Origin: Acidobacteriota bacterium
GTDB taxonomy: Bacteria > Acidobacteriota > UBA6911 > RPQK01 > JAJDTT01
Length of the DNA: 64,000 nt
Direction of reading: 5' to 3'
Assembly: GCA_965209055.1 (NCBI GenBank)
Contig: OZ242374.1
Coordinates: 1-64,000 of the forward strand
Part shown: piece after piece, positions 1-10,959 of the stretch
How positions within the stretch are numbered: the stretch's first letter is position 1
Layout: the number at the start of each line of letters is the position of its first letter
Translations under genes and position numbers: made by a program
Notes under the pieces: generated by a model
Databases searched by the model: none
What the model saw: only the letters and a program-made list of their open reading frames with translations
What the model was told of the DNA's origin: nothing

Positions 1-330
1 GGTGGAGCAGTTGGACGAGCTGTTCCAGATTCTGAGAAACGAGATCGGCAAGCCGGAGTCCGATTGGAAGAGCCGCTACAAGGAAAACGTCAACAAGATG
101 AAGTCGGGTTCCATCTTCCAGGTGGCCGAGGTGCTCAAGAATCTCTATTGCCCTCAACCTGCAAAAGACCCTCTCGTTCCGCGAGAAGAAGATGTTCGAT
201 CGGGCCCGCCAACTCGTGGTCTCGGAGATCGCCACGGTGCAGGACGAACCCGACGAGGGGGGTCGCAGAGCACGTGGAGCAGATGCTCTCCTCGGCTTGC
301 GAAGGAGCCAACCCCAGCCTCCCCTCCTGA
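1..330 (+). CDS. carD: CarD family transcriptional regulator, 3' part (5'-truncated by the window edge; two apparent 1-bp insertions)
   Basis: WKSRYKENVNKMKSGSIFQVAEVLKNL matches the CarD C-terminal domain. The continuation LSFREKKMFDRARQLVVSEIA is in another frame after the CCC at 151-153, and VAEHVEQML...TGA(330) follows the G6 run at 257-262. Confidence 0.75.
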   Translation, partial: GGAVGRAVPDSEKRDRQAGVRLEEPLQGKRQQDEVGFHLPGGRGAQESLLPSTCKRPSRSARRRCSIGPANSWSRRSPRCRTNPTRGVAEHVEQMLSSACEGANPSLPS

Positions 331-340
331 AACCGTCCCG

Positions 341-367
341 AGGAGGGGGGACAGTCTTGTCCCCCTC
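341..367. repeat. REP-like palindrome, copy 1
   Basis: AGGAGGGGGGACAGTCTTGTCCCCC: GGAG followed by a GGGGGACA/TGTCCCCC stem. A near-identical copy is at 37262-37286. Confidence 0.55.
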
Positions 368-597
368 TTAAACACCGACCCGCAATCGCAGACCGGAAAG
401 TATTCGCTCCCAAATTCCCTTTTTTTCTGCCTGAATTTGTGCTGGGTGCGGCGCTGGTCCGGGCCTGAAGACAGACCCTGCACCGGCGAGTCCGTTCCGT
501 TTCTCCGGCCGGAAATATTCCTTTCCCGGTCGCCGCGCTGCTATGATCGGCCCCATCCCAACCTGGTCCCGCTAAGGGGCGAAGCCGGAGACTTCCC

Positions 598-2208
598 ATG
601 CGCACCATGATCCCGTGCGTACTCAGTTCCCTGTTGTGGTTGGGGGCCAACCCGGCTGCCGCCCAAACGCCACCGCAGATCCTCGTGGAACGGTATCTGG
701 CGGAGACCGATCGGAGGATGGCGAAACGTGACGTTGCCGGTGCGTCCGAGGCGATCCGGAAGATTCTCGCTCTGCAACAACAGCACGAAATCACTTTGCC
801 GGTGGAGTTCCACTTCAAATCGGCGCAGGTGTCGTATTCCATCGGCTCGGTCCAGGCTGCCTTGAAATCGGTGAATCAATACCTCGCCGCGTTCGGCAAA
901 GACGGCGAGTTTTATCCGGAGGCTCGGGCGTTGTTACGCGTGATCGAGGGTCCGGCGGAACGCATCCCGTGCGACGGGCAGCCGAAAGGAGTCGAGTGTT
1001 GGAGGGAGTTGTCCAATCAGCCGGGATGCCACCTTTGGGATCCGGACTACCAGCCTTACAGGACCGTGACCTGGAACGGCGAGTGTTCAGAGAGTCTGGC
1101 CCAGGGGCGGGGAACGCTCAAATGGACATGGGATCTGGATGCCAAGCCTCAGATAAAGCCGCCGGTTCTCGAGAAAAGCCACGATGTGGAGGCCGAGCGC
1201 CATGGGTACTGGGTCGAGCGCTTCGCGAACGGAGATATTCATGAAGGCTCGTATGTCCGGGGCAGACGGCACGGCCCGTGGGTGGAACGTTACCCGAACG
1301 GTGGCGTTCACGAAGGACCGTATTCTGAGGGCAAGCGGCACGGGAAGTGGTTCGAGCGCTATCCGGACGGAGACGTTCATGAGGGTCCATATGGGGATGG
1401 CAAGCGGCATGGCCTGTGGGTCGAGCGCTTCGCGAGCGGACGCGTTCATGAAGGAACCTACGTCGAGGGCAAGCGGCACGGGCGGTGGGTCGAGCGCTAC
1501 CCGGACAGTCACACCCAGGAAGGCCTGTACGCTGACGGGGAACCAGATGGCCAATGGGTCATTCGCCATATGGACGGGCGGATCGAGAAGAGCTTTTACG
1601 TGGGCCAAAAATTCTGGACCGGAACGGGACAAGGCCCGGTCGTGGATGGCAAGCGGCACGGCCAGTGGGTCGTTCGCGCCCCGGCAGGATTGGTCCATGA
1701 AGGTGCGTATTTGGAAGGGAAGCCGCACGGCCAGTGGGTCACGCGCTACAAGAACAAAGTTGGGGGAGGCCTGTATTCGGAAGGGAAGGCCGACGGCCAT
1801 TGGGTCATTCTTTACACCAATGGGGTCGCGGAAGGCCCCTATGTGGAGGGCAATCGGCACGGGCAATGGGTCGTTCGCCACGAGAACCGAAATCTTGAGA
1901 GAGGCCCCTATGCGGAGGGGAAGAAGCACGGCCAGTGGGTCACGCGCGCACCCAGTGGTTACGGGGACGCATTCAAGTACGAGTTCTATGTGGATGGAGA
2001 GTTCGTCGCACGCTGGTCACGACCCAAGACCGAGAAAGGGTCCCTTGTGGACGGCAAGAAGAAAGGCGACTGGGTTGTGCACGATGTGAACGGCAACATG
2101 GAGAAAGGCCCGTATGTGGCGGGGAAGCGGCATGGTCAGTGGGTCATTCGCGACCGGGATCGAAACGTTAAGAGAGTCTCGTATTTGCAGGGGCAACGTG
2201 TGGACTGA
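598..2208 (+). CDS. Secreted MORN-like (YwqK-type) repeat protein with helical N-terminal domain
   Basis: Signal peptide (LSSLLWLGANPAAA-Q), helical TPR-like segment, Cys-containing segment, then many ~23-aa repeats HGxWVERxxxGxVHEGPYxxGKR. Confidence 0.75.
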   Translation: MRTMIPCVLSSLLWLGANPAAAQTPPQILVERYLAETDRRMAKRDVAGASEAIRKILALQQQHEITLPVEFHFKSAQVSYSIGSVQAALKSVNQYLAAFGKDGEFYPEARALLRVIEGPAERIPCDGQPKGVECWRELSNQPGCHLWDPDYQPYRTVTWNGECSESLAQGRGTLKWTWDLDAKPQIKPPVLEKSHDVEAERHGYWVERFANGDIHEGSYVRGRRHGPWVERYPNGGVHEGPYSEGKRHGKWFERYPDGDVHEGPYGDGKRHGLWVERFASGRVHEGTYVEGKRHGRWVERYPDSHTQEGLYADGEPDGQWVIRHMDGRIEKSFYVGQKFWTGTGQGPVVDGKRHGQWVVRAPAGLVHEGAYLEGKPHGQWVTRYKNKVGGGLYSEGKADGHWVILYTNGVAEGPYVEGNRHGQWVVRHENRNLERGPYAEGKKHGQWVTRAPSGYGDAFKYEFYVDGEFVARWSRPKTEKGSLVDGKKKGDWVVHDVNGNMEKGPYVAGKRHGQWVIRDRDRNVKRVSYLQGQRVD

Positions 2209-2423
2209 GGCTCTTGGCCGGGCGGCTCATTACCGTTTGAAAGATCCTCATCCGGCCCAAGACTCCCACCACTATGGACGCACCCGTGTCCACCGCGAGA
2301 CGATTCCCCCACAACTACGAAAGTGCTCAATCTGGCGCGGGTGAATGAGGGAGAAGGTCGTCCACCGCGGCCGGAAGCGCAATTGCGTCTGGAGGACATT
2401 GTCTTCTGCGCCTGAATCTGGCG

Positions 2424-2798
2424 TTACTCGTCTGTTGCGCGAGCAGTTCCAAGGAGACTCATCGCGTAGACAATGCCAATGACGGGAACCACCGAGAAGA
2501 CCAACGCGAGTTCCCAGTCTCCCTTCACGGCGCCTGCGGCAATCCTCTGCGCCAGGACCAGGTCGGCGGTCACGACCACGAGGAGGACTGCGGCGATGGC
2601 GAGGTTGGCGATCCTGGGGAGGCGGGGCGCCAGCACCAGGACCAGGACTCCCGCGGCGCCCAGGGGATGAAGAAGCACGACCAGCAGCCGTTCCCAGGTT
2701 TCTCCACCGTTCGCGAATGCTCCAACCAACGCCGTAAATCCTGCGAACAGCGCGTGGATCACAGCCAGGATCGACAGCAGAATTCTGAAGACGGACAT
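2424..2798 (-). CDS. Small hypothetical integral membrane protein (about 4 TM)
   Basis: ATG start; 124 aa with four hydrophobic stretches. Confidence 0.6.
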   Translation of the reverse strand: MSVFRILLSILAVIHALFAGFTALVGAFANGGETWERLLVVLLHPLGAAGVLVLVLAPRLPRIANLAIAAVLLVVVTADLVLAQRIAAGAVKGDWELALVFSVVPVIGIVYAMSLLGTARATDE

Positions 2799-3584
2799 GT
2801 TGACTCAGGTATGAAAGAAAAGCTGAGCGACGTCAAGAACACCGTTGCCGGACGCGGCCGAACCTGGGCGCGATCGTAGACGGAGGTCGGATCCGACGAT
2901 GGCAGGAGTTGTGACTGCTCCTGGATTCAGGAGAAATTCCGCGATGTTGGTGGGACCATCGAGGATCAAGTGCCGGAGCCGAACAACGGTAACTCGCCCG
3001 GGACCGTCGGCGACCAGGACCGCCAGGTGGAGACCATCCCTGATCCAACAGGTCGCCGATCAGGCCCCGCATTTGACCGGTCTCCTCGTCGATGACCGTG
3101 CTGATGGCTGAAAATAGCACAGTATTATCACAATAAGAGTGTGTATTGACTCGATAATATCACTCAAAGTTCGGTTTCCTCACCTCACAGTCTGTACCCT
3201 AACCTCAAATATCTGAAACTGGGACCTGCACCGGCGGCTTAGGGAAGCTGGTTTCCCTGTTCTCATCTTCTCGGCGTTCGGCAAAGGGTCCCAACCGTCC
3301 CCTTCGGTGCCTGTATTGATGTATCCGCCGCGCTCTGGCGCTCGGGAAACCCATCAGCGGCCGAGTGATCATCGGCTCTCTTCCGGCGATCCCCGTTTGG
3401 CTTGCCACTTGAGTCCGGCGGCACGTGCGACGACACGTTTAGGCAGGGCGTGATGCGTGTGCATCCTGCTCGGTCTGGAGGATGCGCATGTGATCGGCGA
3501 CAAATCGGTGGACGGTCGAAAACCCGGAGAACTGGACCATCGGCCGCGGGAAGGGGAGGTGAGTGCCGGCCGCCCCGTCCGGCA

Positions 3585-6500
3585 ATGAGACGGCGCCCGG
3601 TTTCCGGGCCTTCCCTTTGGACCGCACTCCTGCTCGCAGTGTGCGCCTTCCTGCTTTCCTCGGGCGCCGCCGCCCAGACGCTGACGGTCGAGGACGTCAG
3701 TGCGGAGGAAGGCGAGGACCTGGTGTTCACCGTCACGCTGAACGGGGCGACGTCGTCCGGGTTCAATGTGAACTTCAACACCGCCCCGGGGAGCGCCAGA
3801 GCCACCACGCCGCACAGCGACTACGTGGGCGGCACCCAACAACGCACCTTTGCAGGCAACGACGGGGAGGCGCACACCTATACCGTGGCCACCGTCGAAG
3901 ACGCCAACTACGAAGACGACGAGACTTTCACGGTATCGCTGCACGCAAACGACGACGATGTCGACGACAGCGATACCGCCACCGGAACGATCACGAACGA
4001 CGACACGGCGAGCCTCACCGTGGAAGACGTCACCGTGCCGGAGGGCGGCGGATTCGCGGCATTCGAGGTTACGCTGAACAATTCCGAGCCCAGAAACCTC
4101 GAGGTGACGGTCACGTTCGTGGACGGGACCGCGAAAGGCGGCGCCATCGGTGACTCCGGGGTCGACTACGATAACACCCAGAAGACGCTCAGGTTCGGCG
4201 CGGACGATCAGCCCGGAGCTCGTCATCAGGCGCGTTTCAACGTAACCATCGCCGAAGATGAGCAGGTGGAGGGTCACGAGCACTTCACGGTCCACCTGGC
4301 ACTGGCGGTGTCCGACCCGAACATCAACGTCAGCGATACCGCCGTCGGCATCATTCGAAACAACGATTTCACGTCGGTCACCGCGCGGGCATCAAATCAC
4401 CTGCCGAATGAAGGCGAAGCGGTGACGTTCGACGTTACGCTGCTGCATGGCGTGGTGCGGGGGTTCCAGGTGGGCGTGACGTTCGCGGATGTGACCGCCA
4501 CCGGCGGGGTCGACTACGACAACACCCCGCAGACCCTCACCTTCGATGGCACCGGGGGCGAAACGCGCACGTTCGACGTATCTACCGTCGACGATGACAC
4601 TGTGGAGGGGAACGAGAGTTTCGATGTCGTTCTGAGCCTGATAACAGACAATGAGTTCATCCGGGAGATCATCCCGACCCTGAACGGGGACACCGTCAGC
4701 ATTGTCGACAACGACCTCCCGGCCGTCACCGTTTCGCCGACAGTCCTCGATTTGGATGCGGGAAACACTGGCACGTACAGCGTGGTCCTGGACGTGGAGC
4801 CGAGTGCGGACGTGACCATCACGGCGTCGAGCGGCAACGCCGGCGTGGCGACGGTGTTGCCCGCAAGCCTGACGTTCACGCCGTCGGACTGGAACGTCGC
4901 CCAGACGGTGACGGTCACGGGCGCCGGGGCGGGCAGCGCCGCGATTTCGCACCAGGCGAGCGGCGGCGCCTACGATGGCGCGGCCATCGACGACGTGGCC
5001 GTCACCGTCGTCGACACTCGGAAGCGGATGGACGTGACGACATCGGCCACGCACGACGAGATCACCCTCACCTGGCCCCGCGTCGAGGGCGCGGCCGGCT
5101 ACGAACTCGAGATCGCGGGCCCGGGCGTCTTCCGCACGTCCAAGACCACAGCGAGACGCAAGGTCTGGCGGGGCCTTTCTCCCAACACATCCTATGACCT
5201 GAGGGCAATCCCCTTGACCGGGCTTGGCCAGGACGGATTTCAACTCCCCGGCTATGCCTGGTGGGAGGGCACGGAGACGACGACCGGAGCGCCGGGCGAG
5301 CCCGGCCTGGTGTTCAGCCGGACCGACGTGCCGGTGGACGAGGGCTCGACGGCGGGCTACACGGTGGCGCTGGCGACCCAGCCGGGCGCCGAGGTGATCG
5401 TGTCGATCACCGGCGCGGGCCGGGGGGTGGGCGCCAGCCGGACGTCGCTCGGGTTCACGACGGCGAACTGGAGCACGGCGCAGACGGTGACGGTGACGGC
5501 GGCCCAGGATTCGAACACGACCTCGGAGACGGTGACGTTGACGCACACGGCGTCCGGCGGCGGCTACGACGGCGTGACCGGCGACGTAACGGTGCGCACG
5601 AACGACGACGACACCAGGCCGCCGCGGGGGAACCGCCCGCCCACGGTGACGGCGTCGTGCAACCCCTGCAGGGTGGCCCCGGGTGGGGAGGTGCGTCTGA
5701 CGGCATCGGCGTCGGACCCGGACGGCGACCCGCTGAGTTACACGTGGAGCGCGCCGCGGGGCGGCTTCAGCGGAGCCGCCAACGCCGCGACGGCGTTCTG
5801 GCGGGCGCCGGACGCCACCGGGACCGTCCGGGTCCGAATCCAGGTCTCCGACGGCCGGGGCGGTACGGCGTCGGCCGTCGTGACCGTCGAGGTCGTCCGG
5901 TCCAACCCTCCGCCCGTGAGGAACCGGCCGCCCACGGTGACGGCGTCGTGCGACCCTTGCACGGTGGATCCGGGTGGGGAGGTGCGTCTGACGGCGTCGG
6001 CATCGGACCCGGACGGCGACCCGCTGACCTACTCGTGGAGCGCGCCGCGGGGCGGCTTCATGGGAGCCGCCGACGCCGCGGCGGCGCGCTGGCGGGCGCC
6101 GGACGGCGCCGGGGCTGTCACGATCCAAGTGGTGGTCTCTGACGGCCGGGGCGGTACGGCGTCGGCCGTCGTGACGGTCGAGGTCGCCCAACTCAACTGG
6201 CCGCCGACGGTGACGGCGTCGTGCGACCCGTGCGTGGTGGCTCCGGGCGGCGAAGCCCGTCTGACGGCCACGGCGTCAGACCCGGAAGACGACCCGTTGA
6301 CCTAAAGGTGGAGCGCGCCGCAGGGTGGTTTCATGGGAGCCGCGGACGCCGCCACGGCGCGCTGGCGGGCGCCGGACGCCACCGGGCCGGTCACGATCCG
6401 GGTGGTGGTCTCCGACGGCCGGGGCGGTACGGCGTCGGCCGAGGTCGTCGTCGAAGTCGTCAACGAGCCGCCGGTGTTCCAGGAGCCGGCCTATGCCTTC

Positions 6501-8825
6501 GAACTGCGCGAGAACCTGGATGGCCGCCAACGGCCCGTGGCCCTCGGTCTCGTGACGGCGTCGGATCCGGACGGGGACGAGCTGACCTACGCGTTGCTGT
6601 CCGGGGACCGCGAGCGTTTCGCCATCGGGCCGCAAAACGGCGCCGTGACCTATGCCGGTCCGGGGGAAGACTACGAGTCGGAGCCGAACCGGTACGAGTT
6701 GACGGCGCGCGCCCGCGACCCCCACGGGGCGGAGGCGAGAGTTCCGATTGTGGTGACGGTGACCAACCTGAATGAAGCGCCGGAGGCAAAGGACGACGAG
6801 GCGCGAACGGAGGAGGACCAGCGAGTCACGGTGGACGTGCTGGCCAATGACACGGACCCGGACGGCGACGCCCTGCACGTCGAGAGCGTCTCGGCCCCGG
6901 AGCACGGGACGGCGAGGTCCGTCTCCGGGGGCGTGGCCTATGCGCCGGAGGCGAACTACCACGGAACGGACCGGTTCACCTATGTGGTCTCCGACGGAGC
7001 CGGCGGGACGGCGGAAGCGGCCGTGGAGGTGGTCGTGGTGTCGGCGAACGATGCGCCGGTGACCGTCGGGACGATTCCGGATCAGGATCTGGACGAGGGG
7101 GGCTCGGAGGTGACGGTGGAGTTGGGCCGGTACTTCCACGACGCCGACGGGGACCCGCTGATCTTCCGCGCGTCGTCGTCGGATGCGCTGGTGGTGACGG
7201 TGGGGGTGAGCGGAGAGACGCTGACTCTGACGCCGGTGGAATACGGGAGGGCGACGGTCCGGGTGACGGGGGAGGACCCGGATGGGATGAGGGCGACGCA
7301 GACGTTCGGGGTGGGGGTGAGCGACCGGCTGGTGCGCGCGGTGGTGGAGGATACGCTGGCGGCCCTGGCGCGGTCGCATCTGGCGAGCGCGCGGATGACG
7401 CTGGGGCGGCGGGCGGCGGCGGGCCCGGGGCGGCGGACCGAGCTGAGGGTGATGGGACGGAGGGTGCCGCTGAGCCGGGCGGAGGCGGAGCGGTTCATGT
7501 CGGGCGGCCGGCCGTACGCCGGCCGGTATTCGAACCCGGCGAGGCGGCCCGGGTTGGGGTCGTTCGGCGGCGGCGCGATGGGTGTGGCGGCGGGAAGAGA
7601 TCCTGAGTGCCCGATGGGGCCGGGCGCCGGTGCGCAGCGGGACTGCGCCGGGAGGCGCGGGGGGCCGGGACGCCCTGTCGGGTACGGAGGAGACGGTCTG
7701 GGGCCGGACCGGTGGCTGAGCGGCACGGAGTTCGTGTTGGCATGGGGCGGAGGCGAGGCGGCGAACGAACCGGCGCGTCCCGGGAGGCGCTGGCAGGTGT
7801 GGGGCCAGGGGGACCTCCAGACATTTCAAGGGGCGCGGTCGGCGGCGGTGGGCTACGACGGCGACCTGCGGACCGGGTACTTGGGACTGGACACGTGGCT
7901 GTCGGAGAGCTGGTTGGCGGGAGTGGCGCTGGCGCGCAGTCAGGGATCGGGGGACTGGCGCGTGGGCGGGTCGAGCGGCTCGCTGGCGGCAACGCTGACG
8001 GCGGTGCACCCGTACCTGCACTGGTCGGACGGGAGGACCTCGTTCTCGGCGCTGGGCGGCGGAGGCTGGGGCGAAGTGGAGAACGTGCGGCGGAGCGGTC
8101 GCCTGGGGACCAGCGGCCTGGGCCTGGGCCTGGGACTGGTGGAGGTGCGCCGGCGCTACGGCGCGGCGGGCGGCCGGGCCGAGATCGGTCTGCGGGGGGA
8201 CGCGGCGTGGGCGCGGCTGGCCACCGGGGCGGGAGAGGAGACCATCGACGCGCACCGGGTGGCGGTCAGCCAGGCGCGCTTCGGCACGGACGTGTCGCGT
8301 CCGGTGCGGATGAAAAACGGACTGGCGCTGGCGCCGTATGTCGAGGCGCACGTGCGGCGCGACGGCGGGGCGGGCCAGACGGGGACCGGCCTGGAGTTGG
8401 CCGGCGGCCTGCGGGCGGCTCGGGGCCGGGTGCGGGTCGACGCCCAGGGGCGGATGCTGGTGCTGCATTCGGCCGCCGGATATCGCGAGCGAGGAGTCGG
8501 GGTGACGCTCAGCGTGGGGAGTCGGCAGCAAGGCCTGTCGCTGTCGCTGTCGCCGCGCTGGGGAGACCAGGCCAACGGCGGCGGCAGACTCTGGCAGGAG
8601 CAGGTCTACCGCGGCTACCGGGGCGGCGCGCAACCGGCCGATTGGGGCGTGGACGCCGGCGCCGGCTATGCGGTGCGGCTGCGGCCCGACCGCGTGCTGA
8701 TCTGGTTCTGCTCCTACAGCCAGTCAGCGTACGGACCCGGCCTGGTCGTCGGAGTCCGGGTCGGCGGTTCCGGTGACCGGCTGTCCCACCCGGCGCCGGC
8801 CGCGGCGACTTCCCCATCCCGATAG
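3585..8825 (+). pseudogene. Large surface adhesin / autotransporter-like protein (Calx-beta x3, Ig-like, FN3, PKD-like x3, cadherin, Ig-like, C-terminal beta-barrel), interrupted by one in-frame TAA at 6303-6305
   Basis: ORFs 3402-6305 and 6333-8825 share a frame. Signal peptide from ATG 3585. Calx-beta motifs (YEDDETFTVSL, ATGTITNDD); cadherin motif NEPPVFQEPAYAFELRENL; NEAPEAKDD..VDVLANDTDPDGD; beta-barrel region WQVWGQGD..GYLGLD..HPYLHW. Confidence 0.8.
5631..6461 (+). repeat. Three tandem intragenic repeats of about 270-290 bp (PKD/Ig-like domains)
   Basis: Units start at 5631, 5922 and 6195: NxPPTVTASCxPCxVxPGGExRLTAxASDPxxDPL..WSAPxGGF..SDGRGGTASA. Confidence 0.85.
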
Positions 8826-8864
8826 CCGGGGCCCTTGTCTCCGCAACAGTCCGGACCGGTCCGA

Positions 8865-9658
8865 CTATCGGATGTGGCCGGACGCAAGTGTGCCCAGCGT
8901 CTCATCCGCGGCTTCCAGCGTCTTCCGGACATCCGCATCGGAGTGGGCGGCCGAGACGAAATTGGCCTCGAACTGGGAGGGCGCCGTGTAGACGCCGCGA
9001 TCCAGCATCCCGCGGAAAAAGGCGGCGAAACGTTGCAGGTCGCAGGTCTTGGCCTCGGCGAATCCCGTGACCGGTCCCTCCCGGTGAAACGGCGTGAGCA
9101 TGGAGCCGCAACGCTGGACCTGAAGTGGAATCGAGTGGCGGCCGCCCGCCTCCCTCAATCCCCGGCACAGTTCGGACGCTCTCTCCTCCATGGCTTCGTA
9201 GGGGCGGTCCCGTTCCAGGATCTCCAGCGTCTTCAGGCCGGCCGCCACGGCAATGGGATTCCCGGAAAGAGTCCCCGCCTGGTAGACGGAGCCCTGGGGA
9301 GCCATCATTTCCATGATGTCCTTGCGCCCGCCGTAGGCGCCGATGGGCAGCCCGCCTCCCACCACCTTGCCCAGGCAGGTCATGGGAGCCGCCACCGAGA
9401 ATCGTTCCTGAGCCCCTCCCAGCGCCAGCCGGAACCCGGTGATCACCTCATCGAAGATGACCACCGCGCCGTGAGCCTCACCCAGCTCCAAAACGCCCTG
9501 GAGAAAACCCTCATGAGGAAGCAACACTCCCATGTTGGCGGGCACCGGCTCCAGGATGACGGCCGCGATCCGATCGGGATAGGCGCCGAAGGCGGCTTCC
9601 AACCGGTCGAGATCGTTGAAGGGAACGGTCAGCGTCTCCCAGGCGTAGCCTTCGGGGA
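8865..9658 (-). pseudogene. hemL: 5'-truncated second copy of hemL (3' half only, different C-terminal tail)
   Basis: Translation is identical to the C-terminal half of the full hemL except near the truncation edge and in the tail (EAADETLGTLASGHIR vs QAADKTLASLAAGLQ). The N-terminal half is absent. Confidence 0.92.
8917..9658. repeat. Left copy of 742-bp direct repeat (pairs with 15013-15754)
   Basis: Read base by base at a constant offset of 6096; 8 substitutions noticed. Confidence 0.92.
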
Positions 9659-9969
9659 GGGCAGAGAAGGTGACAGTTCCCTTCTTTACGGTCCTCTTCT
9701 TTACGAGCCCTCTCCGGACGGTTGGCCAACCCCCGGGGCCGACCGAAACGGGTTCAACAGGGTGGCTTTTCTGGCTACCAGGGTGTCAGCAGAAGCACGG
9801 TAGCGTCGAGAGGGCCTGAGTTCTTGGTAGGCTTGGTGTCGGGGCGTTCGATCTCCTCTTCCTTCCAACCCGATGAGACCCTTTCAGTGTGTATCCCCTC
9901 TTCTGTGAGCGGTATCATTCCGTTCGTTACGGTTTACGGATATCATAAAGAATGGTATCCTGCTGGCAC

Positions 9970-10248
9970 ATGATCCGAAGTTTCAGCGACCGAAACACCC
10001 GGCGTTTCTTCGAGGGCCATCGGGTGGCCGCGTTCCAGGGATTCGCGGATCAAGCCGTGCGCCGTCTCACCCTGCTGGACAACGCGGAGTCTCTTCGGGA
10101 CTTGGCCGGTTTGCCAAGCAACCGCTTGGGAGCACTGCGCGGCAACCGGTCTGGACAGTACAGCATACGGATCAATGCGCAGTGGCGAATCTGTTTTCGC
10201 TGGGGAGAGGATGGACCCTACGAAGTTGAGATCGTGGATTATCACTGA
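9970..10248 (+). CDS. higB: HigB-like (RelE/ParE superfamily) toxin
   Basis: MIRSFSDRNTRRFFEG..LPSNRLGALRGNRSGQYSIRINAQWRICFRW..EVEIVDYH is the typical plasmid-maintenance killer protein pattern. Confidence 0.93.
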   Translation: MIRSFSDRNTRRFFEGHRVAAFQGFADQAVRRLTLLDNAESLRDLAGLPSNRLGALRGNRSGQYSIRINAQWRICFRWGEDGPYEVEIVDYH

Positions 10249-10261
10249 GGAGGTCGACGCG

Positions 10262-10600
10262 ATGAGCTTCAAAAGTGGGATGCGACCGGTGCATCCGGGA
10301 GAGATCTTGCGGGACGAACTGGATGCGCTTGGCTTGTCGGCCAATGCTCTGTCAAAAGCGCTGGACGTGCCCGTGAATCGAATTACGGCGATTCTGAATG
10401 GACAGCGAGGTGTGACGGCCAACACGGCATTGCGTTTGGCCCGCTACTTCGGGACGACCCCGCAGGTATGGATGAACCTACAGAAGACCTGGGAACTCCG
10501 GCGGGAAGAGATCGAGTCTGGCCGCCGGATTGCTGCGCGGGTTCAGCCCCGGCAAGCGATGGCGCCGATACAAGAAAACAGATCCGGTGCCCGCTCCTGA
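10262..10600 (+). CDS. higA: HigA family antitoxin (HTH-XRE)
   Basis: PVHPGEILRDEL..VPVNRITAILNGQRGVTANTALRLARYFGTTPQVWMNLQ; GAGGAGG RBS; directly downstream of higB. Confidence 0.93.
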   Translation: MSFKSGMRPVHPGEILRDELDALGLSANALSKALDVPVNRITAILNGQRGVTANTALRLARYFGTTPQVWMNLQKTWELRREEIESGRRIAARVQPRQAMAPIQENRSGARS

Positions 10601-10627
10601 CCTAGACTTCCCCCATTTTTTTCGAGG

Positions 10628-10899
10628 TCATGAGAACAAGGGAAGCAGGTTCAGACATGGATTCGCTCGAGGCGGTCCAATTCCCGTGTTCCGACCGAAA
10701 AAGAGCTGCTTGATCCCATCCGCAATCGCGTAGAAGCGGAACTCGGGAACGCCGTAGATGCGCTTGGCGGCCCGTTCGATGTGCTGGACCAGGATCACCA
10801 GTTTGGCCCGTTTGCCCAGGTACACACTGGCGAAGTAGGCCGTCACCAGGACCAGCATCACCAGATTGCGCAGCCGTTCGTACTTCAGCAGTCGGATGT
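10628..10899 (-). pseudogene. IS4-family transposase C-terminal fragment
   Basis: IRLLKYERLRNLVMLVLVTAYF..AAKRIYGVPEFRFYAIADGI, ending just inside the IR. Confidence 0.65.
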
Positions 10900-10959
10900 T
10901 GGAGTTGACCCGCTTTCGTGGACACATCCAAAGTAAGGAAGTGAAAGGAGGAGTCCACG

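Noticed and set aside
1195-1580. Regular ~69-bp periodicity as a possible CRISPR array or DGR repeat
   Set aside because: The units are degenerate in-frame protein repeats with no unique spacers, and no cas or reverse transcriptase gene is in the window.
2800-3560. Short ORFs and an AT-rich imperfect dyad near 3120-3170
   Set aside because: No recognisable product, RNA motif or paired IS end; probably promoter or decayed sequence.
6303-6305. Stop-codon reassignment or Sec/Pyl readthrough
   Set aside because: TAA serves as a normal stop elsewhere in the window (e.g. 42863-42865) and is not a Sec or Pyl codon.
9778-9918. Short minus-strand frame containing PTKNSGPLDAT, resembling PKKTDGPLDIT in the HsdR_N protein
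   Set aside because: The match is too short and low-complexity to support homology by eye.
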